Positions 26,818 to 39,915 of a stretch of DNA of 64,000 nucleotides are shown here, in pieces; within the stretch, counting starts at the first letter, position 1; each line of letters opens with the position of its first letter. The notes beneath the pieces are model-generated. The model saw only the letters and a program-made list of their open reading frames with translations, was not told the DNA's origin and searched no databases. The translations under genes and the position numbers were made by a program. The stretch comes from Octopus vulgaris (Eukaryota): contig OX597830.1 of assembly GCA_951406725.2 (NCBI GenBank), positions 54,932,001 through 54,996,000 on the forward strand. Direction: 5' to 3'.

Positions 26818-26868
26818 TTTGTCAGTGAACAGGTCGCGGTCTTAAAGCGACGAAAATATTTTGACAAA
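26818..26868 (+). ncRNA. Minimal type-I hammerhead-like motif with G3-C8 core, in a ~210-bp element (26801-27009) between (TA)n
   Basis: tttgtca GTGAACA g gtcgc-ggtcttaaa-gcgac GAA aatatt T tgacaaa. Confidence 0.6.
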
Positions 26869-27006
26869 TTAAACTTAAATGTTGAAGTGAATCAAACGGC
26901 TTTTGTGTGTTTCTTAAATGGCTTACAAACACCTTCCACGCTGCAATTGTTTTCGTTTCAGCACACGATCTCAGATTAAATCACTTGCTATGCAAGTACA
27001 TCTCCG

Positions 27007-27077
<71 letters not shown>

Positions 27078-27379
27078 CATATAGAAAAGAAAAGAAATGG
27101 AACAATAATAAACAATGAGGAGTTGATCATTGGTATTAAAACATCATAGTTTAATTGTAGTTCAGAACCATTTATAGCTGTTTCTATTTATCAAATCAAA
27201 GTAAAGTTGCATTTATCTCATTCCATTTAATAAACATCGTCAGAATGATTTAGAGGAATATAAATAAGAGAAAAGGGGAAATGAAAGGAAAAGGAAAAGG
27301 CAAGAGAAAAAGGAAAAAGTTTGTTAAGTCTTTAGGCTTACATTTTAGTGACTTTTAGTGACTTTTATATATATATATA

Positions 27380-27585
27380 TATGTTTGTGTGTTTGTGATT
27401 GTCCCCCTCCATTGCTTGACAACCGATGTTGGTGCATTTATGTCCCCATAACTTAGCAGTTCGGTAAACAAGACTGATGGAATAAGTACTAGGCTTACAA
27501 AGAATAAGTCCTAGGGTCGATTTGCTCGACTAAAAGCAGTGCTCCAGCATGGCCACAGTCAAATGACTGAAACAAATAAAAGAAT
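27380..27585 (+). mobile_element. SINE family B 3' half
   Basis: Family motifs. Confidence 0.85.
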
Positions 27586-27590
27586 ACCAA

Positions 27591-27630
<40 letters not shown>

Positions 27631-27896
27631 TATATATGTTGAATAAAGTATTCCTTGGTGTTGTAGTATGCTTAGACACTACATACACGTAACACACTGG
27701 GGACTATCATCAAATCATTATGTAAAGAACTCTTAAAAAGCAAAGGACTGCTGCGTACAGCATGTCAAGACATAAGGGTGAATGTCTTCATTGTATTAGC
27801 ATTGATATCATCATCATCATCATCATCGTCATCATCATCATCATCATCATCATCATTATCATTGTCATCATCGTCGTTGTCGACATCATCGTCGTC

Positions 27897-28597
27897 AATA
27901 TGAGACCCTGTGTCCCCATTAGCACTCAATATTGTTAATATTTAGGGAAGTCAACAAATAGAATCAGTAAAATGCCTTGTGGTGTTTAGTCCTTTTATGT
28001 TCCATGTTCATAGCACCACTGTGGGGTTGTTGGCAGTGGCAATGGTAGCAGGAGTGGCGGTGGCATTGGTAGTGGTGTTGGCATCGCCATCGTTGTCATT
28101 GATGATGATGATGATGAAGATGATGAGAATGACAATGATCGCCATCATGGGGATAATAATTATCATCATTATCATGATGATAGCACTGATGATTATAATG
28201 ATAATGATGATGATGATCAAGATGACGACAATGATCAACATAACGATCAACATCATCATCATCAGCAGCCTCATGATCAGGTTGTGAGAATGATGATGAA
28301 CGATGATGACAATGATGACGATGATAATGATGATGATGATGATGAAGATGATGAGGAGGATGATGATGATGAAGATGATGATGATGAGGAGGAGGATGAT
28401 GATGGCAATGAGGACAATACAATTAGAGTTGTTCAGTTGCAAAGTTAACTTCTTAACCCCACAGAGATGCTACGAACATGGAACATCAAAGGACTAAACA
28501 CCACAAGGCATTTTCCCAATATTTTACTGATTCTATTTGTTGACTTCCCTAAATATTAACAATTCTGAATGCTAATGGGGACACAGGCTCTCATATT
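27897..28597. repeat. Inverted duplication, arms 27897-28028 and 28455-28597
   Basis: tgtgtccccattagca..ttaatatttagggaagtcaacaaatagaatcagtaaaat mirrored by attttactgattctatttgttgacttccctaaatattaa..tgctaatggggacaca. Confidence 0.9.
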
Positions 28598-28804
28598 TTG
28601 TGTGGGGAGAGGGCGATTACAATTTATGATGTTGACCCCCATCCCACCCCTCTGCACCCAACCCCACCCCCCAGCCTTGCTCCAGTACTTGGACTGGTCT
28701 TTCATTTCATCGACCCTGGAAAGATGAAAGATATAAAGTTAACCTCAGCGGCGCTTGAACTTAGAACATAAATAAGGGAAATTATATACAGGCAAGACAT
28801 TTTG

Positions 28805-28950
28805 TCTGACACCATAACGGTAATCATAATATTGATAATGGTGGTGGTGGTGGTGGTGGTGGTGCTGCTGCTGCTGCTGCTGCTGCTAATGATGATGATG
28901 ATGATGATGGGTGATGATGCTGATGGTAATGATGATGATTATGATGATAT

Positions 28951-29021
<71 letters not shown>

Positions 29022-29185
29022 GGTGATGATGATGATGATGATGGTGATGATGATAATGATGATGATGATGATGATGTTGATGATGATGATGATGATGATG
29101 ATGATGTTGATGATGATGATGATGATGATGTTGATGATGATGATGATGATGTTGATGATGATGATGATGATGATGATGATACCAT
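28805..29185. repeat. (GAT)n microsatellite tract
   Basis: Direct reading. Confidence 0.95.
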
Positions 29186-30320
29186 CAACAACAAAAGTGA
29201 TAGTATACACACACTCACACACACATATATATATATTTATAGATATATATATATAGATATATATAAATATGTAAACAGACATATAAAGTCTCTGGTTGCT
29301 TCTTATTGTGTCCATTTATCTTGTGTGGTTCCACAACCACATAGAACTGGTGGTGCTATCTTTAACAATGGTCAAAACTTTAAATATATTTCACTGTTGA
29401 CTTTTATGTTTTTTGGCCTAATGTATTTTTTATAAAAATAAAAAAATAATAATAATAATAATAACCGAAAGAAGAAACAAAAAAAAGTTTAAATATAAAA
29501 AATGTTTTTCCAATAAAATTAATGCAATAGAAAGAGAAAAATTTAAATATAGTGGTGGTGGTGGTGGTGGTGGTGGTGGTGGTGATGGTGGTGGTGGTGG
29601 TTGATGCAGCAGCGAAGGTGATGCTTGTGTTAGTGGTGGCAATGGAGGCAGTGGTGTTGGTGGTGGAGGCAGTAGTAGTGGTGATAGTGATGGTAGCTGT
29701 AGTTACAATGGTGGTAGTGGTAGTGGTGGTGGTGGTGGTGGGACAGTGGTGGTGGTAGTGATAGTGTTGTTTTTATTATTGTTGCTGTTGTTGTTATGGT
29801 TTCATTTTCCTCTTTTCTTTTTTTTTTACTTTTTTTGTTTCGTCTTCCTCTAAGATGGCCATAAATTTTCCTGTCTGTTCACAACCAGTATCATATCTTC
29901 TATTTATATGTTATCAATGGCGCTGATATGACAAGTCTTCCCTTTATGATACGTAGCAATGATACCTTTATATGTCTTATATATAGTATAATTGGTTATA
30001 TGTACCAGTTAGGCTTCTATGATTAATCTTCTATTCGTATGAGGCGTCTATGATAAGTTTTGTGTTTATGCTATTTGCATATGATGAGTATTCTTTTTAT
30101 GATACGTAACAATGGGGGCTTCTACAATAAGTCTTATGGTTATGATATGTGTCAAACTTCTATGATGAGTTTTCTATTTATTATATGTAGCACTGATGCT
30201 TTAATGTCCTTTTCTTTTCAGGCTTAGTATATCTAGGACTACATTTATTTTGTGTCTTTCTGGTATGATCTGTGGAAGATTTTATTGTTATTTCTTGCAG
30301 GATAGATGATTTGATAAAAG

Positions 30321-30351
<31 letters not shown>

Positions 30352-30357
<6 letters not shown>

Positions 30358-30595
30358 CGTGATCACCATGACCGACTAAACTATCAGATGTTGCTACACA
30401 TTGTTGGTCACAATGCACTTCGCATTGTTTTAACCTTCAAATGATGCCACCCCGCTGGCTAAGCGAGCAGGCCAACAGAAGAAAGAGTGAGAGAATGTTG
30501 TGGCCAAAGAGTACAGCAGGGATCACCACCACCACCTGCTGGAGCCTTGTGGAGCTTTAGGTGTTTTCGCTCAATACACACTCACAACGTCCGGT
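30352..30595 (-). mobile_element. SINE family D body with tail type 3, 5'-truncated
   Basis: ggagctttaggtgttttcgctcaat matches 42558 and 60247 copies; 3' part differs. Confidence 0.75.
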
Positions 30596-31538
30596 CACCA
30601 CACAACTGCTGCTACAGTTACCCTTACAATTACTACTATTATCACAAAGTCCAGCACTATGACAATCATCACATCTACCACCACTACCACCATAACACTG
30701 AAACTGTGCTACTACTATAATCATCATTATCGCCATTATCACTAATAGATCCACCACCATTACCTCTACCATAATCACAAACACCTCAACCACTATCATT
30801 ACCACAAGCACCACAACCATTACCATCACACAACCTTTGCCACCATAACCATCACCATCATAACCATCACTACCACAACCATCACTACCACAACTATCAC
30901 TACCACCAGTATCAACATTACAAAGACTGTTACTATGACAACAACTACAACCACCCCCCTCTGCACCATCCCTATAACCTTCATCACAATCACCACCAAA
31001 TGCAACATCAAAACAACAGTCGTTGCAAACATCATCATCCAACTTTCACCACCTCCACCACCACCACCACCACCAACAACAACAACAGCAACAACAGCAC
31101 CAACACCAACACCATCAACAATAACACCACCATCACCAATACCATCATTGCTGCCATTACTGTGTCAGATAACTCACATACTGGTCCAATGCTGTCGGGA
31201 CACCCCACCACCCACACCGGCACACCCCACCACCACTACTACCACCACACATTATCTTGTACAAGCAGTACAGAACGTGCACAAGATAGAAGTCCTCTGT
31301 GTCTTCAGAGGGTGTGGTTTTATTCAGTGGAATGGGCCGCATGTAATAGGAGAAGACTGGACGGGTTCTGACTTGATGACTTCCAGATTTAACGAATCTA
31401 TGTACTCCTGCAGCTAGACCTTCCCCAGTCAGTCTTTTGCAAGACAAGAGTATTCAACTTTGCTTAAATGACCTTTATATTTGAACAAACCTGTATACTC
31501 CTGGTGCTGCTGCTGCTACTGAAGATGATGATAATGTA

Positions 31539-31577
<39 letters not shown>

Positions 31578-31647
31578 TCATCATCATCGTTTAGCGTCCG
31601 TTTTCCATGCTAGCATGGGTTGGACATATATATATATATATACACAC

Positions 31648-31718
<71 letters not shown>

Positions 31719-31738
31719 TATATACACACACACACATA

Positions 31739-31955
31739 CAAGGGGGTGCTGAAAAGTTCCTGGCTTTGGGTAAAAGAAAATACAAGAAGATCAATTGATT
31801 ATGACTTCATTGAACATATTCCCCTCTCAGATTCACACACTTATTGCAGTAGTCCTTCAGTTTTCCTAAGCCCTGTAAAAGAACTCAGATGGTTGGGCCT
31901 CCAGCCAGGCCTTTTGTGATACCTTTAAAGCCAGGAACTTTCCAGTACTTCCTTA
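31739..31955. mobile_element. Mariner-type MITE (217 bp)
   Basis: TIRs caagggggtgctgaaaagttcctggcttt / aaagccaggaactttccagtacttcctta; TA flanks. Confidence 0.85.
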
Positions 31956-31975
31956 TATATATATATATATATATA

Positions 31976-32110
31976 TTAATTCATAGAGGTTACAGAGTGA
32001 TTCAACAGCCAAGAATTTTATGCATTGACACTTATCAGACAGTTTGCAGTTTGAAGGCCAGTGCACAAAACCCTCAACATTTGAGTCACTCTGCAACTTC
32101 TGCTGATTAA
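31976..32110. repeat. Imperfect fold-back of two decayed hammerhead-bearing ends
   Basis: agaggttacagagtgattcaa mirrored by ttgagtcactctgcaacttct; same family as 38180-38245. Confidence 0.6.
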
Positions 32111-32466
32111 CATATATATATATACTTTTATGTATACACACACACACACATACATTAGCAGTAGCTGTAGCAACAGGGGTAAACAGGTTTGTTCAAATAG
32201 AAAGGTAATTCTACATGTGTAATGTTTATTAAATAGATGTTTAAACATACATATATATATATATATATATATAATATATAAATAGGGTTAAGCAACAAGT
32301 TGCTTAGCCACATACTGAAAATTTAGAAATAGCAGTCAAAGACCTCTTATTCTTGGGCTTCGAGATGCTGGTTTAATGCCAGTCTCTTGGCCGTCACCTG
32401 AGCTGCAGAGCCAGATTCCATTGCTTCCTCCAAGTCTTTAGCTAATGCTAATCCCTTCCTTGTATA

Positions 32467-32700
32467 TCTATATATATAAAACTGAGAATGTGTGTCTGTC
32501 TGTCTGTGTGAATCCCTAAAACTTGAGAACTACACAACCAATTTCATTCAAATATAACACATGCCTTACTTAGGGTCCATTTAGTGTCATGGGCAAAAAA
32601 AATGTTTAACTTCTAGCCTAGGGCGGGCCCACAGCAATATCATATCTTCTCCACTATTTCAGTATTACGTGTTAAAAGTGAAATAAAAACATCTCTCTAT
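32467..32700 (+). mobile_element. Helitron-like 5' end, truncated
   Basis: A|TCTATATATATAAAA..(TGTC)n..ccaatttcattcaaa, the pattern of non-autonomous animal Helitrons. Confidence 0.5.
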
Positions 32701-32740
32701 TGTATGTATATGGATGTATCTATATACATGTATATATATG

Positions 32741-32783
<43 letters not shown>

Positions 32784-33025
32784 ATATATATATATACATC
32801 CATATACATACAATAGAGAGATGTTTTTATTTATTCCGAAATATAACAATATCTGTTTCAACACATGATTTCACATAAAAAATCTTGCACAACAAATATT
32901 TAAACGTATATATATATAGATGTACATATAATATATACCCATATATATACACACATATATACATGCATATATATATATATACACCCATACACACACCTCC
33001 CCCCCACACACACACACACATACAT

Positions 33026-33350
33026 AGGTGCAGGTTTGGCTGTGTGGTAACAAACTTGGTTCCAAAACACATAGTTCTCAGTTCAGTCCCACTGTGTGAT
33101 AACTTGGCATGTGTCTTCTGCTAAAGCCTCAGACCAACCAAAGCCTTGTCAGTGGATTTTGTAGACAGAAACTGAAAGAAATCAGTTGTGTGTATATGTA
33201 TGTACATATGTAAGTCTATGTGTGTGTCTTTGTGTTTCTCCTTCATCACTGCTTCACAACTGGTGTTCATTTATTTACATCCCCATAACTTACTGGTTTC
33301 CCAAGAAGAAACTGATAGAATAAGTACCAGGCTTATCAAAATATAAAAAA
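33026..33350 (+). mobile_element. SINE family B, older variant
   Basis: Family motifs; 3' half plus flank repeated at 36282-36550. Confidence 0.8.
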
Positions 33351-33497
33351 GCACTACACAGTGTCTCATATTTTTGCTTGCCCACTCAGTTGTATCTATC
33401 AATTTATCTTTGTGTGTGTGTGTGTGCACGTGTGTGTGTGTGCACGCGTGTGTGCATGCATGTGTGTGTGTGTGTGTGCACGCGTGTGTATGTGTGT

Positions 33498-33547
<50 letters not shown>

Positions 33548-33615
33548 ATTTCGTAGACAGGAACTGAAACAAATCAATCGTATATATATGTATGTATATA
33601 TGTAAGTGTATGTGT

Positions 33616-36270
33616 TTTGATATTGGCAACATGAATGACAATGGTCAAAGACTACTTGAATTTTGCACATACCATAACCCGTGCATCACCAACACATTCT
33701 TTGCCAACAAGACATCCCACAAGGCATCTTGGAGACATCCAAGATCTCACCACTGGCATCAGCTGGTTCTCATCATTGAATTCTGTTCAACTGACCCGTA
33801 GTTACCACAGTGCGGATTGTGACACACATCATTCACTAATAAGAAGCAGAGTGAGGATTCTGCCTAAGAAAGTCCATCACTCCAAGAAAATGGGCCGACC
33901 ACGCATTAACACTGCCAGAACCTCGGACCCTACACTGCGAAAATGTTTTGCTGTTACTATCAAGGTTGCCCTCAGTAGCTGCCCAACCTCCTCTGCTGAA
34001 ATTATATCAGGGAAGCTTTGTATACCACATCAATAGATACTTTTGGCATGAGAGAAAGGCAAAACCCAGATTGGTTCAGTGCTGGGCTCTCAGAGCTGGA
34101 AACAGTTATCGAAGCAAAGCATTCAGCTCTGATGCAATACAAGATTAATTCTTCTACAAAGTCACTCGAAGAACTCAGAAAGGCAAGAAATAAAACCCAA
34201 CTGACTGCCAGACGCTGTGCAAATAGGTATTGGCAGGAAATCTGTCATAGTATTCAGTCAGCTGCTGACAGTGGCGACACCCGTGGGATGTATGCTGGTT
34301 TGAAAAAGGCCCTCGGTCCATCCCCAACCAAGTCAGCCCCTCTGAAATCAGCTCCTGGAGATCTCATCAAGGACCAAAGCAATCAAATGGATAGATGGTT
34401 GGAGTTCTACCAGGATCTCTACTCAAGGGAGACCACGGTAGCTGAGGCTGTACTCGAGGGTGTCAAGATCTTGCTGGTCATGTGTGAACTTGACATCTAT
34501 AGCAGAGCACAAAAAGGCTATTGACTCCCTAGCAAGTAACAAGGCTCCGGGAAAAGATGTCACCCCCTTAGATATCATCAAAACCGGCAAAAACACTATC
34601 CTGCTTCGGCACCTTCATGAGCTTTTGTGTCAGTGCTGGGGAGAGGGTACAGTCCCTCAGGATATGCGGGATGCTAACAAAAGTAAAGCGGGATGCTTTA
34701 CAAAAACAAAGGTGAATGTAATGATTGTAACAATTACCGTGGAATATCTCTTCTAAGCACTGTTGGAAAGGCCTTTGCTCACGTTATCCTGTCCAGGCTA
34801 CAACTGCTTGCTTCTTGAATTTATCCAGAATCGCAGTGTGGCTTTAGAAGAAGCAGATCAACTATTGACATGATATTTTCCACACGCCAACTTCAGAAGT
34901 CCAGAGAGCAGAAAATGCCACTATATATGACCTTCATTGATCTGACAAAGGCCTTTGACTTGGTAAGTAGAAAAGGCTTCTTCATCCTGCCCCAAAAAAT
35001 CGGATGTCCACCAAAGCTGCTGAGGATCATCAAATCTTTCCATGATGATATGCAAGGCACCATACAGCACAATGGTTCAACATCAGCCGCCTTCCAAATA
35101 AGAAACGGGGTAAAGCAAGGTTGTGGCCTTGCTCCTGCATTATTTGGCATCTTCTCGCTGCTGCTGTCACATGCCTTTCAGACATCAGATGATGGATCGT
35201 TTCTGCACAGTACAAGTGACGGGAAGCTGTTCAATCTCACGCGTCTGCATGTCACGACCAAAATCAGAAGCGTCCTGATCAAGGAGATGCTATTTGCTAA
35301 TGATGCCGCTCTAGTATCACACACAGAAGAAGCTCTACAAAGGCTCATCAACTGTTTTGAGCAAGCATGTAGTGACTTTGGCTTAGTTATCAGCCTCAAG
35401 AAGACCAACATCATGGGTCAGGCTATATCGGACATCCCAAACATACTTATTGGAGACCACAGATTACAGGAGGTGGAGAAGTTTACCTATCTTAGCTCTA
35501 CTGTCACCTACAACCTATCCCTTGATGCTGAGCTCAATATACGCATTGGCAAGGCAGCTGCTGTGATGGCCCAACTATCCAAACGGTCATGGGACAACAA
35601 TAAACTGTTCAAGACCACAAAAATGAAGATTTACCAGGCATGTATACTTAGCACTCTACTGTATGGAAGTGAGACTTGGACGCCATACACACGCCCAGAG
35701 CATCGCCTAAATATCTTTCACCTGCGCTGCCTCTGGAAAATCCTTCGCATCAAATGGCAAAATCATGTCCCTAACAAAGATGTCCTCAAGCAAGCAGGAA
35801 TACCAAGCATGTTTGCACTCCTCACACAAAGACGTATGAGATGGCTTGGACATGTTAGCTGTTTAGAAGATGGCAGAATCCCCAAGGACATACTCAACGG
35901 AGAGCTTGTTAGGGGCACTAGGTCTGTGGGAAGACCGTTCTTACGATTTGCAAAAGGGACATGAATGCCTGCAACATCAATATTACCAACTGGGAAGCAG
36001 TCGCCAGCAACCGTGGAGATTGGCAATGTACCGTAAAAGAGAGGAGAAATGGAAAGACAAGAAAAGACGTCAACAAGAAAGTATGACATTACAACCAGCC
36101 AGGCAAAGTCTTTGCTACATTTGAGGCACCTGCCAGAGGAAGTGTTTGTCCCGGATAGGACTACACAGCCACAGCAGGAGATGTATTAGGACATGAAAAG
36201 TAAAAGCCGGACTAGATTATTTTGTGCGCAACTCCATTGTCTCCCGAGACGAAAAGGATGCCAACAACAA
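33616..36270 (+). mobile_element. RTE-clade LINE, 5'-truncated and frameshifted (end of AP endonuclease plus RT)
   Basis: MNDNGQRLLEFC..TNTFF..SWRHPRSHHWHQL; FIDLTKAFDLV; GVKQGC; EMLFAND (YADD site mutated); LLYGSETW; RMRWLGHV; 3' end ccattgtctcccgagac..(CAA)n; long TSD. Confidence 0.95.
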
Positions 36271-36586
36271 TATATATATATATTTCGTAGACAGGAACTG
36301 AAACAAATCAATCGTATATGTATCAATCGTAAGTGTATGTGTGTGTCTTTGTCTCTGTGTTTCGCCCTCATCACGGCTTCACAACTGCTGTTCATTTATT
36401 TACATCCAATTAACTTACTGGTTTCACAAGAACAAACTGATAGAATAAGTACCAGGCCTATGAACATAAAAAAATCACTAGGCTGTGTCTCATATTTATT
36501 TTTGTTTGCACACTCAGTTGTATCTATCAATTTATCTTTGTATGTGTGTGTGTGTATATCTATATCTCTATCTATCTATCTATCTA

Positions 36587-36631
<45 letters not shown>

Positions 36632-37922
36632 CACCCTAATGGGAGCCTTAACTGCCAAGTTTTAGTCATTTCTTTTATGATCCAAAACTAGGTCAAAAGT
36701 ACTGAATGGATCTTTATGAAATTTGGAAATTATATTCTATGCATAAGGGCCATAACCCCCATGACAATTCATATATTTTTGCTGTTGAGGAAATTTTAAC
36801 CATATATATATTAGACACAAATGAATTAATATTTATAACATTTCATCTTCTTACAAATTATAAAGACCCCACAGTTTTTTCATTTTATCTAAGCAAAAAC
36901 GAATACAGTTGTGCTCTTGGAAGCTGTAGGGTTACCCAAGCATAAAAGTTGAGCATTATTTCTAATTCAATGGTACAAGAGTGTAACAGTTTGCTTTGAC
37001 ATACACTTACATTGTGATTTCTGCAATGTGGTGCATAAATTGCCAAGTAAATGAGGGGCATCTTTGCCTCCACTGATTCAGTTGCAAAGTGTTGAGTAAA
37101 GTTATTTGATTGCAGACCTCTTTCGGTCTTTTTATTATCACTCGGTCACACATAGACCCCAGATGGTAACATTGATTTCAAGGCCTTCCCAGATGAGTAA
37201 CTGGTTATTCAAAGACATTTATAGATTGTAAATTTATTCTGTCCAGTTACATATCAGTATAATGGTCATTTGCAACCTCCAACTTTCATTTGTCCTTAGC
37301 CCTCACGTCACACAGTTGTTAATTTTTATTTCAGTTGGGTCACGCCCTTTCAATTGCTATAGATTCGTAATGCATCTTACGGTTGTGCCTGTCACCTGGA
37401 TGGTGAGGAATCCTACTTTGGGAGTGGTAACGACTAGGGTAGGGTAACTGACTGCTTATTGTGATCATTTGTCTTTTGGTTTCCTGTAGCTTTGCTCTCT
37501 TTTACAAACCCAGTGAACATATATTTCCGATTTCAAAGAAATTCAAACAATAGATATAAGACCCAAGTTAAAAAGATTCTCAACAATTCAACTTCTCTGG
37601 TTCACATTAAGATGCCCACCCCCAACAGGGGCTTTAACTCTCACATTTTAGAGCTCCATAACCTCCATTTTTCAGGAGCAAAATCTTTTTAACAAGTTCA
37701 ATAAAACTGGAATTTTGGAATATGCACATAAAAATCAGTAGTATGGGATATATGTGGCACGATTACAATTTTTTGGTGGGTGTGTAAAGAGGGAAATAAC
37801 CCTGATCTGCAATTTTGATGACATTCGAAACATAGATATTCCAATTCATTAGAGAAAATATAACAGAAAAGTCTAATTCTTCAATTGTATGTAACACGGG
37901 CAATGCCGGGTATCTCTGCTAG
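36587..37922 (+). mobile_element. Probable non-autonomous Helitron (~1.3 kb)
   Basis: 5' TC(TA)n; 3' hairpin cacgggcaatgccggg followed by CTAG|T at 37919-37923; which 5' end pairs with it is inferred. Confidence 0.55.
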
Positions 37923-38165
<243 letters not shown>

Positions 38166-38194
38166 GTTTTTTATTAATATTTAGCAGAAGCAAC

Positions 38195-38245
38195 AGGGTG
38201 ACTCAAACGTCCAAGAGTTTCATGCATTGGCATTTACCAAACTTA
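38195..38245 (-). ncRNA. Decayed hammerhead motif
   Basis: TTGGTAA atgc-caat-gcat GAAA ctc-ttggacgttt-gag TC accctg; stems II/III and GAAA intact, core changed at 3 positions. Confidence 0.45.
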
Positions 38246-39379
38246 TCGAACCAACATATATTCAGATTAGACGATCTGATTGAAAATATTTAAGAGCTGA
38301 TGCTAAGAACTTAAGTGGCAGCCACCTACCAAGCAAGCCACTCTAGACTAGTAACCTGTTGCTGACTTCACACTTCACTCTGTGTCAATCTTAATGGGTT
38401 ACCTCGGTACCAGGGGCTTGCTCACCATTGATCTAAGAACATCAATAACTGATACACTGGACTGATTACATCTAAATAACAATGGGATGCCAGCTATTTT
38501 TGCTTCTTGGAATCTAGTTTAATTTTTGTTTTATTGTTTGGTGTTTTGCTTTGTTTTGTTTCTGTTTTTGTTTTTTTTTTTATTTTGTTTTGTTTTTTTT
38601 GGTTTGTTGTTGGTTTCTGCTCTTTTGTTCTTTGGTTGGTGTTTCTTTGTAGCTGTTCTTGCTGTATGTATGGCTTTCTGCCAGGAGATATTTACTTGTG
38701 GTTCTATTGACTATTCCTTGCTCAGACAAACATACCATACTTGGCAGAAATCCAGTTATGCAATCTGTTGTCTTTGTTGTTGTTGTTGTTGTTGACGCTG
38801 TTGTTTTTGTTGCTTTGTCGTTGTTGTTGTCGTTTTTGCTGTTGTTATTTGGCTGTAGGTCAGTTCTTAGTGATCCAACATATAATCAAAGGTTTTCCAC
38901 TTGAGACAGTTCTGTCCTTCATTCTTTTTTATAAGACAGTACACTATTGTGGCCCTGTGGTTAATGTCTTGGGTACATGTTCATAAGGTTGCAGGTTTGA
39001 TTCTAGAACAAGGTAGAAGATTGTGTCCTTAAACAAGGCAGTGCATTACACACTGCTCTATTCTGCTCAGCGCTGAAAATGCATGCCAGAGAAATGATGG
39101 CATGGCCTCTTCTCCCTCCAGCTGACATCCTTGATGTTCTGCAGGGTCAAGGGTAGGCAGGTCAAGAGGGTGTCTATGTTTTCTTGCAACTCTGTATATC
39201 ATTATTACCATTGTCATCGTCATCATCATCATCATCATCATCATTATTGTTGTTGTCATCATCATCGTCATCAACACCATCATCATCATCATCGTTGTTG
39301 TTGTCATTGTTGTCGTCGTCATCATTGTCATCATCGTCATCATTATGTCATCATCGTCATCATCATCATCATCATCATA

Positions 39380-39830
39380 TGTTCACTTTTCCATGTTTGA
39401 TTGGGTCAGACAGAATGTGTTGAGGTAAATTTTCCACAGTTGGGTGCTGTTTCTATTCCCAACAATTATCTGTTTCCAAGGAAGGTAATTTTTATATCGT
39501 GTTGTTGGATAAATAATTTAACGAAACAGGTGGAAAGAAAGTATTCATACGATGCACTACAATTACTGTTACACGAAGTTAAACATTCTCTGCCAATGGC
39601 TCACAGTGAACTACTTCTTTCTCAATTGGTGACAGTTCTTTGTTTTATAGCAATGTGTCAGTCCACTTTTAGTCACTTGGTGGTTGGAATTCTTCTACAA
39701 CACTAATACATTCCCCCATGACCAGACATGACTTTAATTGGAAGATTAGCAATGAACAACACTGCTTGTATAAAGGTGATGCTCATTTACAATCAGCACT
39801 TGGAGTCAAGACAAGAGTACACACAAATGC
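39380..39830 (-). mobile_element. Family E SINE body interrupted by a ~210-bp insertion (39497-39706)
   Basis: Collinear with 1250-1470 on both sides of the insert. Confidence 0.6.
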
Positions 39831-39915
39831 ACATACCCCCACACCAAATACATACATATACATACATACAGTCAAAATGTGAGAGCTAGATATGCTCAAT
39901 ATAGAAAACACATAA

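Noticed and set aside
34870-35964. 364-aa ORF as a functional reverse transcriptase gene
   Set aside because: Part of a frameshifted LINE with the catalytic motif changed to FAND
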